Positions 1-9,152 of a DNA stretch of 64,000 nt are shown one piece after another (within the stretch, counting starts at the first letter, position 1; each line of letters begins with the position of its first letter). Location: assembly GCA_963775425.1 (NCBI GenBank), contig CAVZJB010000009.1, positions 16,616 through 80,615 of the forward strand, written 5' to 3'. A model generated the notes under the pieces. The model was given only the letters and a program-made list of their open reading frames with translations. It did no database searches and was not told the DNA's origin. This DNA is from an uncultured delta proteobacterium (GTDB taxonomy: Bacteria > Myxococcota > UBA727 > VGSZ01). Both the position numbers and the translations under genes were made by a program.

Positions 1-51
1 TTCCGCGACTTCATGCGGTGTGTGCGGAGCCGCCTCGAGAAGCGCGACTAG
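1..51 (+). CDS. 3' end of an upstream ORF (…FRDFMRCVRSRLEKRD*), truncated by the window edge; possible partner (E2/Ubl-like?) of the JAB-E1 gene
   Basis: In-frame reading to TAG at 49-51; immediately upstream of the JAB-E1 gene with a Shine-Dalgarno (AAGGAGG) in between; identity not determinable from 16 aa. Confidence 0.25.
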   Translation, partial: FRDFMRCVRSRLEKRD

Positions 52-83
52 GCCGACGAACAACAACAAAGAAGGAGGTGTGT

Positions 84-1385
84 ATGCGACTCAAGGTGAG
101 CGAAGCGGCGTGGAACGCGTTCAGTGATCACCTGCTCGAGCGGACCGACGTCGAGAGCGCGGGCATTGTGCTCGCCCGCGCTCTCGACGCGGCCGACGGG
201 CCTCTGCTGGTCGCGGACGAGCTGCTCGTCGTCCCCGACGATGGGTATCTCATCCGGCGGTTCGATCAGATTCGGATCGACCCGATCGCGATGAACGGGA
301 TGACGCAGCGGGCGCGTGACGAGGGCTTGTCGATCTTTACGGTTCACACGCATCCGATGGCCAACGAGGCTTGGTTCTCGTGGGCCGACGACAACGGCGA
401 CAAGCGCTTGATGCCGAGCCTGCACGCGCAGGCGCCAGGTCCGCACGGCTCGATCGTGATCGTGCCCGGCGGCGGCGTGTTGGCGCGTGCGTTCAACGAG
501 GAGGGGGTGGCGACGTCGGTCGACTTCGACGTCGTCGGGCGCCGTCTGGTTCGTCACCGGCAAGCGCGCGAGCGCGTCGAGGACGAGCGCTTCGCGCGGC
601 AGGAGCTGGCGCTTGGGCCCGCGGGGCAAACGCGCCTGCGCAGTTTGCGGGTCGGTGTGATTGGGCTGGGCGGCGTCGGCTCGATCGTCGCTGCACAGCT
701 CGTGCACCTCGGCGTCGGCGAGCTCGTCTACGTCGACGGCGATGTGGTGTCCGAGTCGAACCTGTCGCGCGTATATGGCGCGCGGAGGGGCGACGTCGGC
801 GCGAAGAAGGTGGTGGTGGCGGCGCGTTACGCGACGGAGAGCGGGCTACCGGTGGAGGTCGTGACGGTTGACGACCCGCTCGGCTCGCAGCACGCGGCGT
901 TGCTGCGCTCGTGCGACGTGGTGTTCTCGTGCGTGGACACGCACACGCCGCGGTCGTTGTTGAACGCGCTCGCGTACGAGGCGTTGGTGCCCGTGATCGA
1001 TATGGGGACCGCGTTTCGCATCGATGGTGCGAGCGGCGTTATCACGAGCAGCGGCGGTCGCGTCGTGGTGGTGGGGCCGGGTCGCCCGTGCCTGGGTTGT
1101 TGGGGTCACCTGAACGCCGACCGGCTCCGCGAGGAGGCGCTGTCGAGCGCCGAGCGCGCGGAGCTCGGGCGGCAGGGCTACCTCAGCGGCGCGGACGTGG
1201 CGCAGCCGAGCGTCGTGGCATTCAACACGTACGTTGCCGGGGCGGCGGTGATCGAGCTGTTGCGGTTGGTGACCGGGTTCGCCGGCGCCGACGACCCGCC
1301 GAACCGCCTCGGGTTCATGTTTGAGGACGGCAGCGTGACGCGCAACGAGGTGAACGCGCGGGCGTCGTGTCGATGCACGCGATGA
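84..1385 (+). CDS. Fusion protein: N-terminal JAB/MPN (JAMM metalloprotease, deubiquitinase-like) + C-terminal E1-like ThiF/MoeB adenylyltransferase
   Basis: JAMM motif HTHPMANEAWFSWADD (HxHx7-8SxxD) with upstream Glu; Rossmann GLGGVGS, CxxC zinc motif (PCLGCWGH); ATG at 84 preceded by AAGGAGG; the ORF track starts earlier at a GTG (18). Confidence 0.8.
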   Translation: MRLKVSEAAWNAFSDHLLERTDVESAGIVLARALDAADGPLLVADELLVVPDDGYLIRRFDQIRIDPIAMNGMTQRARDEGLSIFTVHTHPMANEAWFSWADDNGDKRLMPSLHAQAPGPHGSIVIVPGGGVLARAFNEEGVATSVDFDVVGRRLVRHRQARERVEDERFARQELALGPAGQTRLRSLRVGVIGLGGVGSIVAAQLVHLGVGELVYVDGDVVSESNLSRVYGARRGDVGAKKVVVAARYATESGLPVEVVTVDDPLGSQHAALLRSCDVVFSCVDTHTPRSLLNALAYEALVPVIDMGTAFRIDGASGVITSSGGRVVVVGPGRPCLGCWGHLNADRLREEALSSAERAELGRQGYLSGADVAQPSVVAFNTYVAGAAVIELLRLVTGFAGADDPPNRLGFMFEDGSVTRNEVNARASCRCTR

Positions 1386-1388
1386 CGG

Positions 1389-2507
1389 TCAGCCCTTGGC
1401 GTTCTTGCCGAGCTTCACCATGAGCTCGGCACCGAAGCCGGGGCTGACCATCTTTTCTCTGCGCAGGCGACCGACAACGACGCAAGGATCGACGCCGACG
1501 CTGCGCGCGAAGCGAACGACGTCGTCGATCGTCGGAGCCGTGCGTGCGAGAAACATGCGGAGCGCCTTCGGGTCGATCAGCGTGTCCGTGGCATAGCGGT
1601 CGGCTTCGGCTTCTTCGACAGCGACGTCCGGAGCAATATCTTGATCTTCGTCTTCGATGAAGATCGCGCGCTTCGCATGAAAGAGGATGTGAGCAGCTTC
1701 ATGGAAGAAGTTGAACCAGAAGATGTCGAGACGGTCCCACAGGAATGTGTTTTGGATGAGCGCCTTGTCCTGTGAGAGCCAACGGGCCGCAGCCTTGATG
1801 CCCGCACCTGGGAATTCCTCGACCATCACGACGACGACGCCGGCCTCGGCGCAGAGACGCTGGATCTCCGGCATGATGTCGGCGAGCTTCTTCTTCGTGA
1901 GCAACGTCTCGCGGATGGTCTTCACTGCGGCGACAAAGCGGTCGCGGTCGTATGGAGCTGGCGCCACTTTCTGCGCCTCAAGCTCACCGCTGCGTAGCCA
2001 CGCGGCGATTTTCCCGTGCTTCTCAGAGACGCTTGGCGTGCGGCGCCACTTCGACTGGTGGTCGATGTACAGCGCCTTCCAATTCTCGGGGGTCGCCATC
2101 CCGAAGAACGACAAGACCTCACGAGCGCGTTCGGCGCGTGTGTGCGTGGGCCTCAGCCACTTTCGCTTGACCATCTCGTTGAGCGGCAAGCTCCACTTGG
2201 CGATTTCGGCGTCGTAGTCGAGGAGGCGCTTGTCTTCCTCTTGGCGCGCAAGCGACTCGCGGTAATTCTGTTCGCGGCTGAGCCAGAAGCCCGCAGAGGG
2301 CTCGCCGAGCACGCGTTCGAGCTCGAGCGCGGTGTCCGGCGTGATCGCTGTCTTGCCCTTGACGATCTCGTTGATGGTTTTCTTGGGCCGACCCATGCGC
2401 TGGGCGAGTTCCGACTGCGTCATGCCGCGTTGATCGAGCAACTCGACGAGCGTCTCGCCGGGGAGCGACACGACGGGCGGCTGGTATTTGTTCTTCGTCT
2501 CAGTCAT
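1389..2507 (-). CDS. HTH-XRE DNA-binding domain fused to ImmA/IrrE-family (COG2856) zinc metallopeptidase; antitoxin-like partner of upstream HigB-like gene
   Basis: N-terminal HTH (GMTQSELAQRMGRPKKTINEIVKGK), C-terminal HEAAHILFH (HExxH); ATG at 2507 overlaps the upstream gene's stop by 8 nt (ATGACTGA); track ORF starts at TTG 2525. Confidence 0.75.
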   Translation of the reverse strand: MTETKNKYQPPVVSLPGETLVELLDQRGMTQSELAQRMGRPKKTINEIVKGKTAITPDTALELERVLGEPSAGFWLSREQNYRESLARQEEDKRLLDYDAEIAKWSLPLNEMVKRKWLRPTHTRAERAREVLSFFGMATPENWKALYIDHQSKWRRTPSVSEKHGKIAAWLRSGELEAQKVAPAPYDRDRFVAAVKTIRETLLTKKKLADIMPEIQRLCAEAGVVVVMVEEFPGAGIKAAARWLSQDKALIQNTFLWDRLDIFWFNFFHEAAHILFHAKRAIFIEDEDQDIAPDVAVEEAEADRYATDTLIDPKALRMFLARTAPTIDDVVRFARSVGVDPCVVVGRLRREKMVSPGFGAELMVKLGKNAKG

Positions 2508-2835
2508 CTGCGGTCCCGATTCCAAGCACGCGAACGGTGGTCACCTGGGTCCAGTCGGCGTTGCCGTGAGTCGCGGCCCGGTCGTCGACGGGCTCGAGGA
2601 TGAGGCCGTGCGGTGGCTGAACAGCGATGTGGAGACGACCGAGCTTCTCAGCATCACCGGTCAGCGCGCCCGGAATGCCCCGAACGTCGCGCAGCGTCGG
2701 CGCGGCGCGTAGGTCGTCGAGCCGCCTGCGGATGCATCGGGCCATGTCTTGGCCCCACTTCTTCTTGAGTGCCACGTCGTCGTGGAAGAGCTGCTCGACT
2801 TTGTCCGTCTTGAAGGTGATATCCACGGACATCAT
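2500..2835 (-). CDS. higB: HigB-like (COG3549 'plasmid maintenance system killer') RelE-superfamily toxin
   Basis: ~111 aa: ITFKTDKVEQLFHDDVALKKKWGQDMARCIRRRLDDLRAAPTLRDVRGIPG matches the HigB pattern; translationally coupled to the HTH gene downstream; start chosen at MMSVDI (track ORF extends to 2934). Confidence 0.6.
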   Translation of the reverse strand: MMSVDITFKTDKVEQLFHDDVALKKKWGQDMARCIRRRLDDLRAAPTLRDVRGIPGALTGDAEKLGRLHIAVQPPHGLILEPVDDRAATHGNADWTQVTTVRVLGIGTADD

Positions 2836-2952
2836 CCGTGTCCACTCTGGTTCACGGAAAAGGTGAACAAGAGGATCGGCTGACGGCATGGTGGCATAGG
2901 GTGACTGATAGCGCACCCATGACCACGCGTCCAATCGCCTGCTGAAGAGCGA

Positions 2953-4869
2953 CTAGACCGCCTCCTCGAAGTGCAACTGCACGTCGCGATCGAGCCGCGA
3001 GCAGTGACGGAGGATCTGCAGCGAGTGCTTCAGCAACTCCGTGTCGCGAGCGACCTCGCTGATCGGTCCGTCCGCAAACTTGCCGCCGTGGAAGAGGTTG
3101 TTCCGCACGCGCCGCACCGCGAGCAGCACGGATACCGAGTCGCCGTCGATACCTCCATCCTTCCACCCGAGCGTGCCGTCGTCCTTTCTGATTTGCTTCT
3201 TCGGCGGGTGATCTCGGAGGTACCGCGCCGCTTCGCCAACGCGCGGGTCGACCGCCGTCGCCGTCGCAAAGTCGGCCTTGATCGCCTTCGCGAACGCATC
3301 CCAATTCGGAGACGCATCGGCAGTATCGTTCAGGTACGTCGCGCTCCTCTTCAGCGCGTACTCGAAGCGTGCAAACGTCGCGAGAAACTCCAGGACCAGC
3401 GCCGGCTCAGCGGTGAAGACGGAGACCACACTCGAAGCCATCGCAGTTCCTGCGACAGCTGCCCCGGTCGTCGGCACCGCGGGAGGCGCGACCGAGACCG
3501 TCGCCGTCACCGCGCCTTCAGTCCGCGTTGTGGCGTTGCCTGTCCCTTCGGCGGTGGTGTTCGGCTGCAGGCGTACGCGCGCGTCAATCCCGGGCGACGC
3601 CGCGTCGGCGGCGAACGGAGCGCCGTCCTCATCGCAGAGCGCGTAGCCCGCGGCATCGATGAGCAACCGCAGCTCGTGGAACCGGTCCGTCCTCAGCCGG
3701 CTGAACTCGCCGAGACCGGCCTTCTTGAGCAACGAACGAATCTCGATCGAGCGCCGGCCGGTGTACTGCGCGAGCTTGTCTTTGAGGACCGCGACGGGGT
3801 CATCCGCCGGATCGGCGGCAGCGGCTTCTTCGCCGCCTCCGTCAGCCGCGCATGCCGTCAGCATGCTCGTGTCCATTCGGCACCACGCCGCCGTCGCCGT
3901 CGCGCGGAGCTCGTCCGACGACTTCGCCTTCGCGTCCGGCAATCGCCACCAGCCATCGCCGATCGGGAAACCCTCGGTCGAGCCCAACACATGCGTGAGG
4001 TCAGCTTGTCGCAGGTCAGCGATGAGAGCGGCACTGTCGCCGCGGTACGCGTCCGCGAGCTGCTCCTCCATTGCCGCCTTGCTCTTACGCCGCGCGAGAC
4101 CACGCGCGTCGCAGAGGGCGACGAGTGAGTCGCGCCCTCCGTCGATCCCAATCCATTCGAGCAAGTCCGAGACGAGCGGCGCATCGTTGGGCAGACCATG
4201 CCGACGTTTCGCTGGGTAGCGAGACACGTCCCCGTTCTCGTCGACGAAGTACAGGTAGCCGGCCTCGCGCCTCGCGCCGGCGTCCGCGACGAACTCAGCC
4301 GGTGCGTCGGCATCGTCGACGGGCGCACGCATGACCTTCCCGTCGTCGAAGTAGTAGATGAACCCATCTTCGCGCTTCACGCCAAGTGCGCTGACGACCT
4401 CAAGCTTTTCGTGATCAACATCCCAGTCTTGAAAGTCGAGGTCGTCGCCCGCTCCTCCGTTGTCGACCAGCTCCGTTGCCTCGTCGGCTGGGTCATCCGC
4501 GAAGTCCTCATCGACCGCGCCACCGAGTGCATCGACCCAAGCCGCAAGACGCTGGCGCGTGGAGAGACCGGCCGCCTCCAACAGAGCTCTTCGCTCCGTG
4601 TCCTCGAGCGCCACTGCGACTGTGTTTAGCTTCCGGCGAAAGCTCTCGGCGAACTTTCCGCGCGCTGCCTCTTCGCCGTCCGGCAGCGCAACCTCGCCAA
4701 GCACCGCAACAAGCCGCCGGAGGGAGCTCACCGGAAGAACGCGCGCGATCTCGTCGATAGGAACCACACGATCGAACAGGTTCTCGACGTCAAACGGGCG
4801 TTCGTCACGACGGTGCTCTTGGCCAACCGCGCCCGGCGCCGGCGGCCACGGGATCTCGAAGAGCCCAAG
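2953..4869 (-). pseudogene. C-terminal ~639 codons of an IS66-disrupted ASCH…HEPN gene (central repeat-containing region plus C-terminal HEPN-like domain with RRVRNNLFHGG)
   Basis: Reading frame continues from the ASCH fragment at 7508-7829 once the IS66 and one flanking repeat copy are removed (…KGTLG|LFEIPW…); HEPN Rx4H motif near the C-terminus; the track ORF 2953..5634 runs on into the IS antisense. Confidence 0.6.
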
Positions 4870-4938
4870 GTATCCGGCCGGCGAACTGCGTCGTGACACC
4901 GGGCCTCGCCGCGCGTACCGCGCGCGCGGAGGTGATGC

Positions 4939-5265
4939 ATGGCCAGGGAGTCGAGGGTGGTGTGGGCGCGGCGGGTGGCGCGGTGGGCGAAGAGCGGCCT
5001 GTCGCGCGAGGAGTTCGCGGCGCGTGAGGGCGTGAAGGCGACGACGCTGTCGTGGTGGCGCTGGTACCTGGGCCGCGACGGTGCGGCGCCAGCGCGGATG
5101 CTCGCGCGGCCCGAGCCAGCCTTCGTCGAGGTCGAGCCGGTCGTGGTCGAGGCCGTGAGCGAGCGCATCGAAGTGGCGCTCACCAACGGCCGCGTGGTGC
5201 GCGTACCGATGACGTTCCGCGACGACGCTCTCGTGCGCGTGCTTGCCGCCGCGGAGTCCCGATGA
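4939..5265 (+). CDS. tnpA: IS66 OrfA (TnpA, HTH accessory protein)
   Basis: MARESRVVWARRVARWAKSGLSREEFAAREGVKATTLSWWRW… typical IS66 OrfA; stop overlaps tnpB start (ATGA). Confidence 0.8.
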   Translation: MARESRVVWARRVARWAKSGLSREEFAAREGVKATTLSWWRWYLGRDGAAPARMLARPEPAFVEVEPVVVEAVSERIEVALTNGRVVRVPMTFRDDALVRVLAAAESR

Positions 5266-5654
5266 TCCCGGCCGGCCTGCGCATCGTCGTCGCGCTCGCG
5301 CCGATGGACATGCGGCGCTCGATAGACGGCCTTGTCGCCGCCGTCGCCGACCGGCTCCACCAGGACGCCGCAGTCGCGCGCGTGGTCTACGCCTTCGCCA
5401 ACACGCGCAGGGATCGCGCAAAGCTGATCTGGCGCACCGAGCATCAATGGTGCCTGCTGTACACGCGGCTCGACGCCGGCTACCGCGTGACGCTGCCCGT
5501 CGCGCAGGATGGCGTGGCGAGCGTATCGGTCGATGCTCGCCAACTGGCGGCGATCCTCGACGGCGCGAAGAAGCGCGCGACGACGCGCGAGACCGTTCGC
5601 GAGGCGCGCGCGAAGGTGTCGATTTCTTCGCCAAGCTCGTCGACGAGGCGATAG
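5262..5654 (+). CDS. tnpB: IS66 OrfB (TnpB accessory protein)
   Basis: MIPAGLRIVVALAPMDMRRSIDGLVAAV…LIWRTEHQWCLLYTRLDAGY is the conserved IS66 Orf2 family. Confidence 0.8.
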   Translation: MIPAGLRIVVALAPMDMRRSIDGLVAAVADRLHQDAAVARVVYAFANTRRDRAKLIWRTEHQWCLLYTRLDAGYRVTLPVAQDGVASVSVDARQLAAILDGAKKRATTRETVREARAKVSISSPSSSTRR

Positions 5655-5662
5655 ATCATGGC

Positions 5663-7402
5663 GTGAACGAGGAGCTCACCGACGTCAACGTGCTGCGCGC
5701 GCGCCACCTCGAGACGGTGGCGATGCTCGAAGCGCTGAAGAAGGCGTACGACAAGCTCCTCTTCGAGCACGAGCTGCTGAAGCGGCAAGTGCTCGGTCCC
5801 AAGGCCGAGCGCGTCAAGAACGCGCAGGCGCAGGCTGAGCTGCCGCTCTTGGAGTTCGTCGCGGCGATCGGCAGGCTTCAGGCCGGTGACGAGAGCGCTC
5901 TCGACGACGCCCAGAGGGCCCTCGACGAGGCGACAGCGGCGCTCGGGGGCGGCGGCGACGACGCGCTAGAGAAGCCGTCGAGGCCTGGCGGCCATGGTCG
6001 CCGCAAGCTCCAGCTCGAGGATCTGCCGCTTCACCGCATCGTGCTGTTGCCGCCCGAGCGACTCGCTCCTGGCGGCGAGAAGCTGGTGAAGATTGGCGAG
6101 GAGGTGACGCAGCTTGTCGAGCGGCAGCCGGCCTCGATCGTGCGCATCGAGGTCGTGCGCGAGAAGTTCGCAGCGCCAGCGGACGCGGAGGCTACGTCTC
6201 CGCCGGCGAGCGCGCCGCCCGTAGCGCCGGAGAGCTCGACGATCGCCGGCGCGCCCCCGCTCGGGCGCGCGCCGCGCGCCGTCTTCATCGCCGACATGCC
6301 GGAGCGCGTGATCCCGAAGGCGATGGTCGAGCCGGGGTTCCTCGCGCACGTGTTGGTGTCGAAGCACTGCGACCACATCCCGCTGAACCGCCAGGAGGGC
6401 ATCTTCAAGCGGGAGGGGTTCAAGGTGTCGAGCTCGACTCTCGGCGATTGGGTGGAGGCGTCGACGAACCTGCTTGCCCATGTCGTCGACGCGATGTGGA
6501 AGGACGCGAAGGAGAATGCGTCGTACTGCATCGTCGACGCGACCGGCGTCTTGGTGCAGGCGAAGGGCGAGTGCCAGCGCGCGCACTTCTACGTCGCTGT
6601 CGTACCGCAAGAGCACGTGCTGTTCCGCTTCACTCGGAAGAACGACGGGCCGACCGTCGCGGCGCTGTTCGAAGGCTTCAAGGGCCACGTCCACGCCGAC
6701 GCGGCGACCGTCTACCACGAGCTCTACCGGCGCGAGCTTCAGCACCTCACCGAAGTCGGATGTTGGGCCCACACGCGGCGGAAGTTCTTCGATGCGCTGT
6801 CGCGCGATCGGGAGCGCGCGCTCGTCGGCATCGGGTACATCAGCCACCTCTATGACGCCCACCGCGCAACGCTCGACAGCGACGGGGTCGCCGACACGAA
6901 GAGGCGCGCCGAGCTCGCTCGCCCCATCCTCGCGAAGCTCTTGTGGTGGGCGCGCCGCGAATTCCGCGCGGTCGCGCAAGGCACGCCGATCCATCTCGCC
7001 CTCGGCTACCTTGTCCGCCAAAGGCGCGCGTTGCTTCGCTTCCTCGACGACGGGCGCATACGCCTCGACACGAACCCCGCCGAGCTTGCGCTACGGCGCG
7101 AAGCCGTGGGACGGAAAAACTGGATCTTCGTCGGCAGCGACAACGGCGCGAAGTGGAACACGATCGCCGTGTCGCTCATCGCGAGCTGTCAGATGCATGG
7201 CATCGAGCCGTGGGCGTACCTGCGCGATGTCCTCACGCTGCTGCCCTCGTGGCCCCACCAGCGTGTGCTTGAGCTCGCACCGAAGAGCTGGCGGACGACG
7301 CTCGCGACGTCCGAGGTGCAGGAACGGCTCGCCACGCTCCGGCTGATCGACCGCGCCACGCCAGTGCGGCCGACTGACGCCATCGCCGCCGTCGACCTAT
7401 AG
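5663..7402 (+). CDS. tnpC: IS66-family transposase (TnpC, DDE); start uncertain (GTG guess)
   Basis: N-terminal leucine-zipper-like LTDVNVLRARHLETVAMLEALKK, core …HIPLNRQEG…, DDE-type catalytic region; track ORF 5243..7402 begins inside tnpB. Confidence 0.75.
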   Translation: MNEELTDVNVLRARHLETVAMLEALKKAYDKLLFEHELLKRQVLGPKAERVKNAQAQAELPLLEFVAAIGRLQAGDESALDDAQRALDEATAALGGGGDDALEKPSRPGGHGRRKLQLEDLPLHRIVLLPPERLAPGGEKLVKIGEEVTQLVERQPASIVRIEVVREKFAAPADAEATSPPASAPPVAPESSTIAGAPPLGRAPRAVFIADMPERVIPKAMVEPGFLAHVLVSKHCDHIPLNRQEGIFKREGFKVSSSTLGDWVEASTNLLAHVVDAMWKDAKENASYCIVDATGVLVQAKGECQRAHFYVAVVPQEHVLFRFTRKNDGPTVAALFEGFKGHVHADAATVYHELYRRELQHLTEVGCWAHTRRKFFDALSRDRERALVGIGYISHLYDAHRATLDSDGVADTKRRAELARPILAKLLWWARREFRAVAQGTPIHLALGYLVRQRRALLRFLDDGRIRLDTNPAELALRREAVGRKNWIFVGSDNGAKWNTIAVSLIASCQMHGIEPWAYLRDVLTLLPSWPHQRVLELAPKSWRTTLATSEVQERLATLRLIDRATPVRPTDAIAAVDL

Positions 7403-7507
7403 AGCCGTGCCGTGGCCGCCGGCGACCGCGGGGAGCCGGAGCCGCCCCCCGCCCATTGCTGGCGCTTTCTACGGCGCCCGTCACCACGTGGTTCGCCGGC
7501 CGCATAC

Positions 7508-7829
7508 GCCCAAGCGTCCCCTTCCACGGAACGAAGGGAACCCGCCGCGGGTTCGCGACCACCCAGTGCCACACATCGTCGCCCTCGCCTGCCCAAGGGC
7601 TCCGGTAGCGCTGAACACAGTCGACGAGGTCGACGATGCCAACGACGCCGCCGAGCTCCCACTCGTGGTTCGGCCCGTAGGCTTTCCTCAGGAAGGGCCC
7701 ATGCCGCAGCGTCACGCCTGCGTGGATGAGAAGGGGGCCGCGGTACTTGGTCGACCACGAGCGGTTCTCCACGTCCTTCCCGCGCATGATGAAGTCCGCC
7801 CACGGCTGCTGAACAGAGAGTGCTTTCAT
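7508..7829 (-). pseudogene. N-terminal ASCH (PUA-like RNA-binding) domain fragment of the IS66-disrupted ASCH…HEPN gene
   Basis: MKALSVQQPWADFIMRGKDVENRSWSTKYRGPLLIHAG… is the canonical ASCH N-terminus; ORF runs into the IS66 right end at 7507. Confidence 0.6.
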
Positions 7830-8046
7830 CCGATCCCCCAATAGTCACGAGTACCGCAGAAGTGCCGCTTCGTGCGCCGCCCGCACAGCAGCCCGGAGCG
7901 ACTTAGGCTTGACGACCTCGACGTTCGCCCCGAAGCCGAGAATCCATGCTCGTAGAACCTGCGTCTCGGGCACGCGCGCCTTTGAGCGTGCTCTCGTTTT
8001 CTGAGGGGCCGCCGATCACGTTTTGAGCGGGGCGCGCCGCGTCACG

Positions 8047-8310
8047 TCAGAACGGGTCGCCCCACCCGATGGCGGTGGCGCGGTAGCGGCGGAGGAGCGC
8101 TTGGAGGGCCTCGGTCTGCCTGAGGATGGCCTCAGCGAGGATCTCGCGCCGGTCGAGGCTGTTCCTGAATTCGGCGTCGGCGGCCGCGGGGTTTGCGGCG
8201 AGGAGCGCGAAGGCGGCGGTGTGGAGGGCGTGGTCGAGCACGGAGAGGGCGGCGCACTCCGGTGCGCGAGCGATCTCCGGCGGGGTGGGCGCAGGATTGG
8301 GGCAGGTCAT
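8047..8310 (-). CDS. Small hypothetical protein (88 aa) immediately downstream of tniB
   Basis: ATG 3 nt after the tniB stop (TGATCATG); no recognisable domain; could be an accessory ORF or a GC-frame artefact. Confidence 0.3.
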   Translation of the reverse strand: MTCPNPAPTPPEIARAPECAALSVLDHALHTAAFALLAANPAAADAEFRNSLDRREILAEAILRQTEALQALLRRYRATAIGWGDPF

Positions 8311-8312
8311 GA

Positions 8313-9152
8313 TCACTTCCTCTTGTTGGCTGCGGTCTTCTTGGCGACGGGCTTCTCGAAGGCCTCGAGGAAGAGCTTCTCGTCGAGCCGCTGGGCGCCG
8401 GTGTCGGCGCCGATGGCCAGGAGCTCGTCGGCGAGGTTCATGAGGATGCGGTAGTTGCCGGCGGCGTGGTCGGCGAGGGTGGCCTTGAGCTCGGTGGTCA
8501 TGAGCGTGGGGTTGCCCGCGGTCTCGAGGAGGTGGTCGAGGCAGGCGAGGAGCTCGTCTCGGGGTGCGTATTCGAGGACGAGGCGCCGGCGGATGCGGCT
8601 TCCAAGCGGGAGCAGCTCCGGGGAGCGGAAGCGCTCCGGCAGCCGCTGGTCGCCGGCGAAGACGACGCAGAGGAGCTGGCGGGAGTCGAGGTCCTTGCTG
8701 GCGAGGACGCGCAGCTCGTTGAAGACGGTGGTGAGGGTCTCCTGGGCCTCGTCGATGACGAGGACGGGACGCATGAGCGTGGTGGTGATGTGCTCGTGCC
8801 AGCGCGCGCGCAGCGCCTTGAAGCCCGCCCATCGGTTGTGGGACTGGAGCGGCACGCCGAAGAGGTCTCCAACTTCGCGGTAGAAGTCCATGGTCCGGGA
8901 CTGCGGGTGCTCGACGATGCCGACGACGACGTCGCGGATCTCCTCGAGCCGCTTCTTCAACAGCCGCAGGGCGACGCTCTTCCCGGTCCCGGGCTCGCCG
9001 GTGATCATCACGTAGCCGCCGTCGGCGATGCCGAGCTCGACGCGTCGCAAGAACGCGTCGACGGCAGGCGTCGTGTAGAGCGCCTCGATGGGCACGTCGG
9101 GTCGAAAGGGGTGGAACTTCAGCCCGTAGGTCTGCAGGAGCTTGTTCTTCAT
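8313..9152 (-). CDS. tniB: TniB-like AAA+ ATPase (transposition helper, ExeA/TniB family)
   Basis: Walker A GEPGTGKS, Walker B VLVIDEAQ; start overlaps the tniA stop. Confidence 0.8.
   Translation of the reverse strand: MKNKLLQTYGLKFHPFRPDVPIEALYTTPAVDAFLRRVELGIADGGYVMITGEPGTGKSVALRLLKKRLEEIRDVVVGIVEHPQSRTMDFYREVGDLFGVPLQSHNRWAGFKALRARWHEHITTTLMRPVLVIDEAQETLTTVFNELRVLASKDLDSRQLLCVVFAGDQRLPERFRSPELLPLGSRIRRRLVLEYAPRDELLACLDHLLETAGNPTLMTTELKATLADHAAGNYRILMNLADELLAIGADTGAQRLDEKLFLEAFEKPVAKKTAANKRK

Larger units (their letters stand above)
4870..7507 (+). mobile_element. IS66-family insertion sequence (~2.64 kb) with three ORFs, imperfect ~30-bp terminal inverted repeats and a 7-8 bp flanking direct repeat (gcccaag)
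   Basis: Left end GTATCCGGCCGGCGAACTGCGTCGTGAC versus reverse complement of right end GTATGCGGCCGGCGAACCACGTGGTGAC; flanks agcccaag (4862-4869) and gcccaagc (7508-7515); tnpA/tnpB/tnpC organisation. Confidence 0.85.

Noticed and set aside
2953-5634. 893-aa minus-strand ORF treated as one protein
   Set aside because: Its N-terminal 255 codons are antisense to IS66 tnpA/tnpB (R/P/A-rich junk); only 2953-4869 is genuine (C-terminal part of the ASCH-HEPN gene).
8047-8832. 261-aa minus ORF overlapping tniB
   Set aside because: Proline/arginine-rich antisense-type translation over most of its length; only the last 88 codons downstream of tniB could be real.
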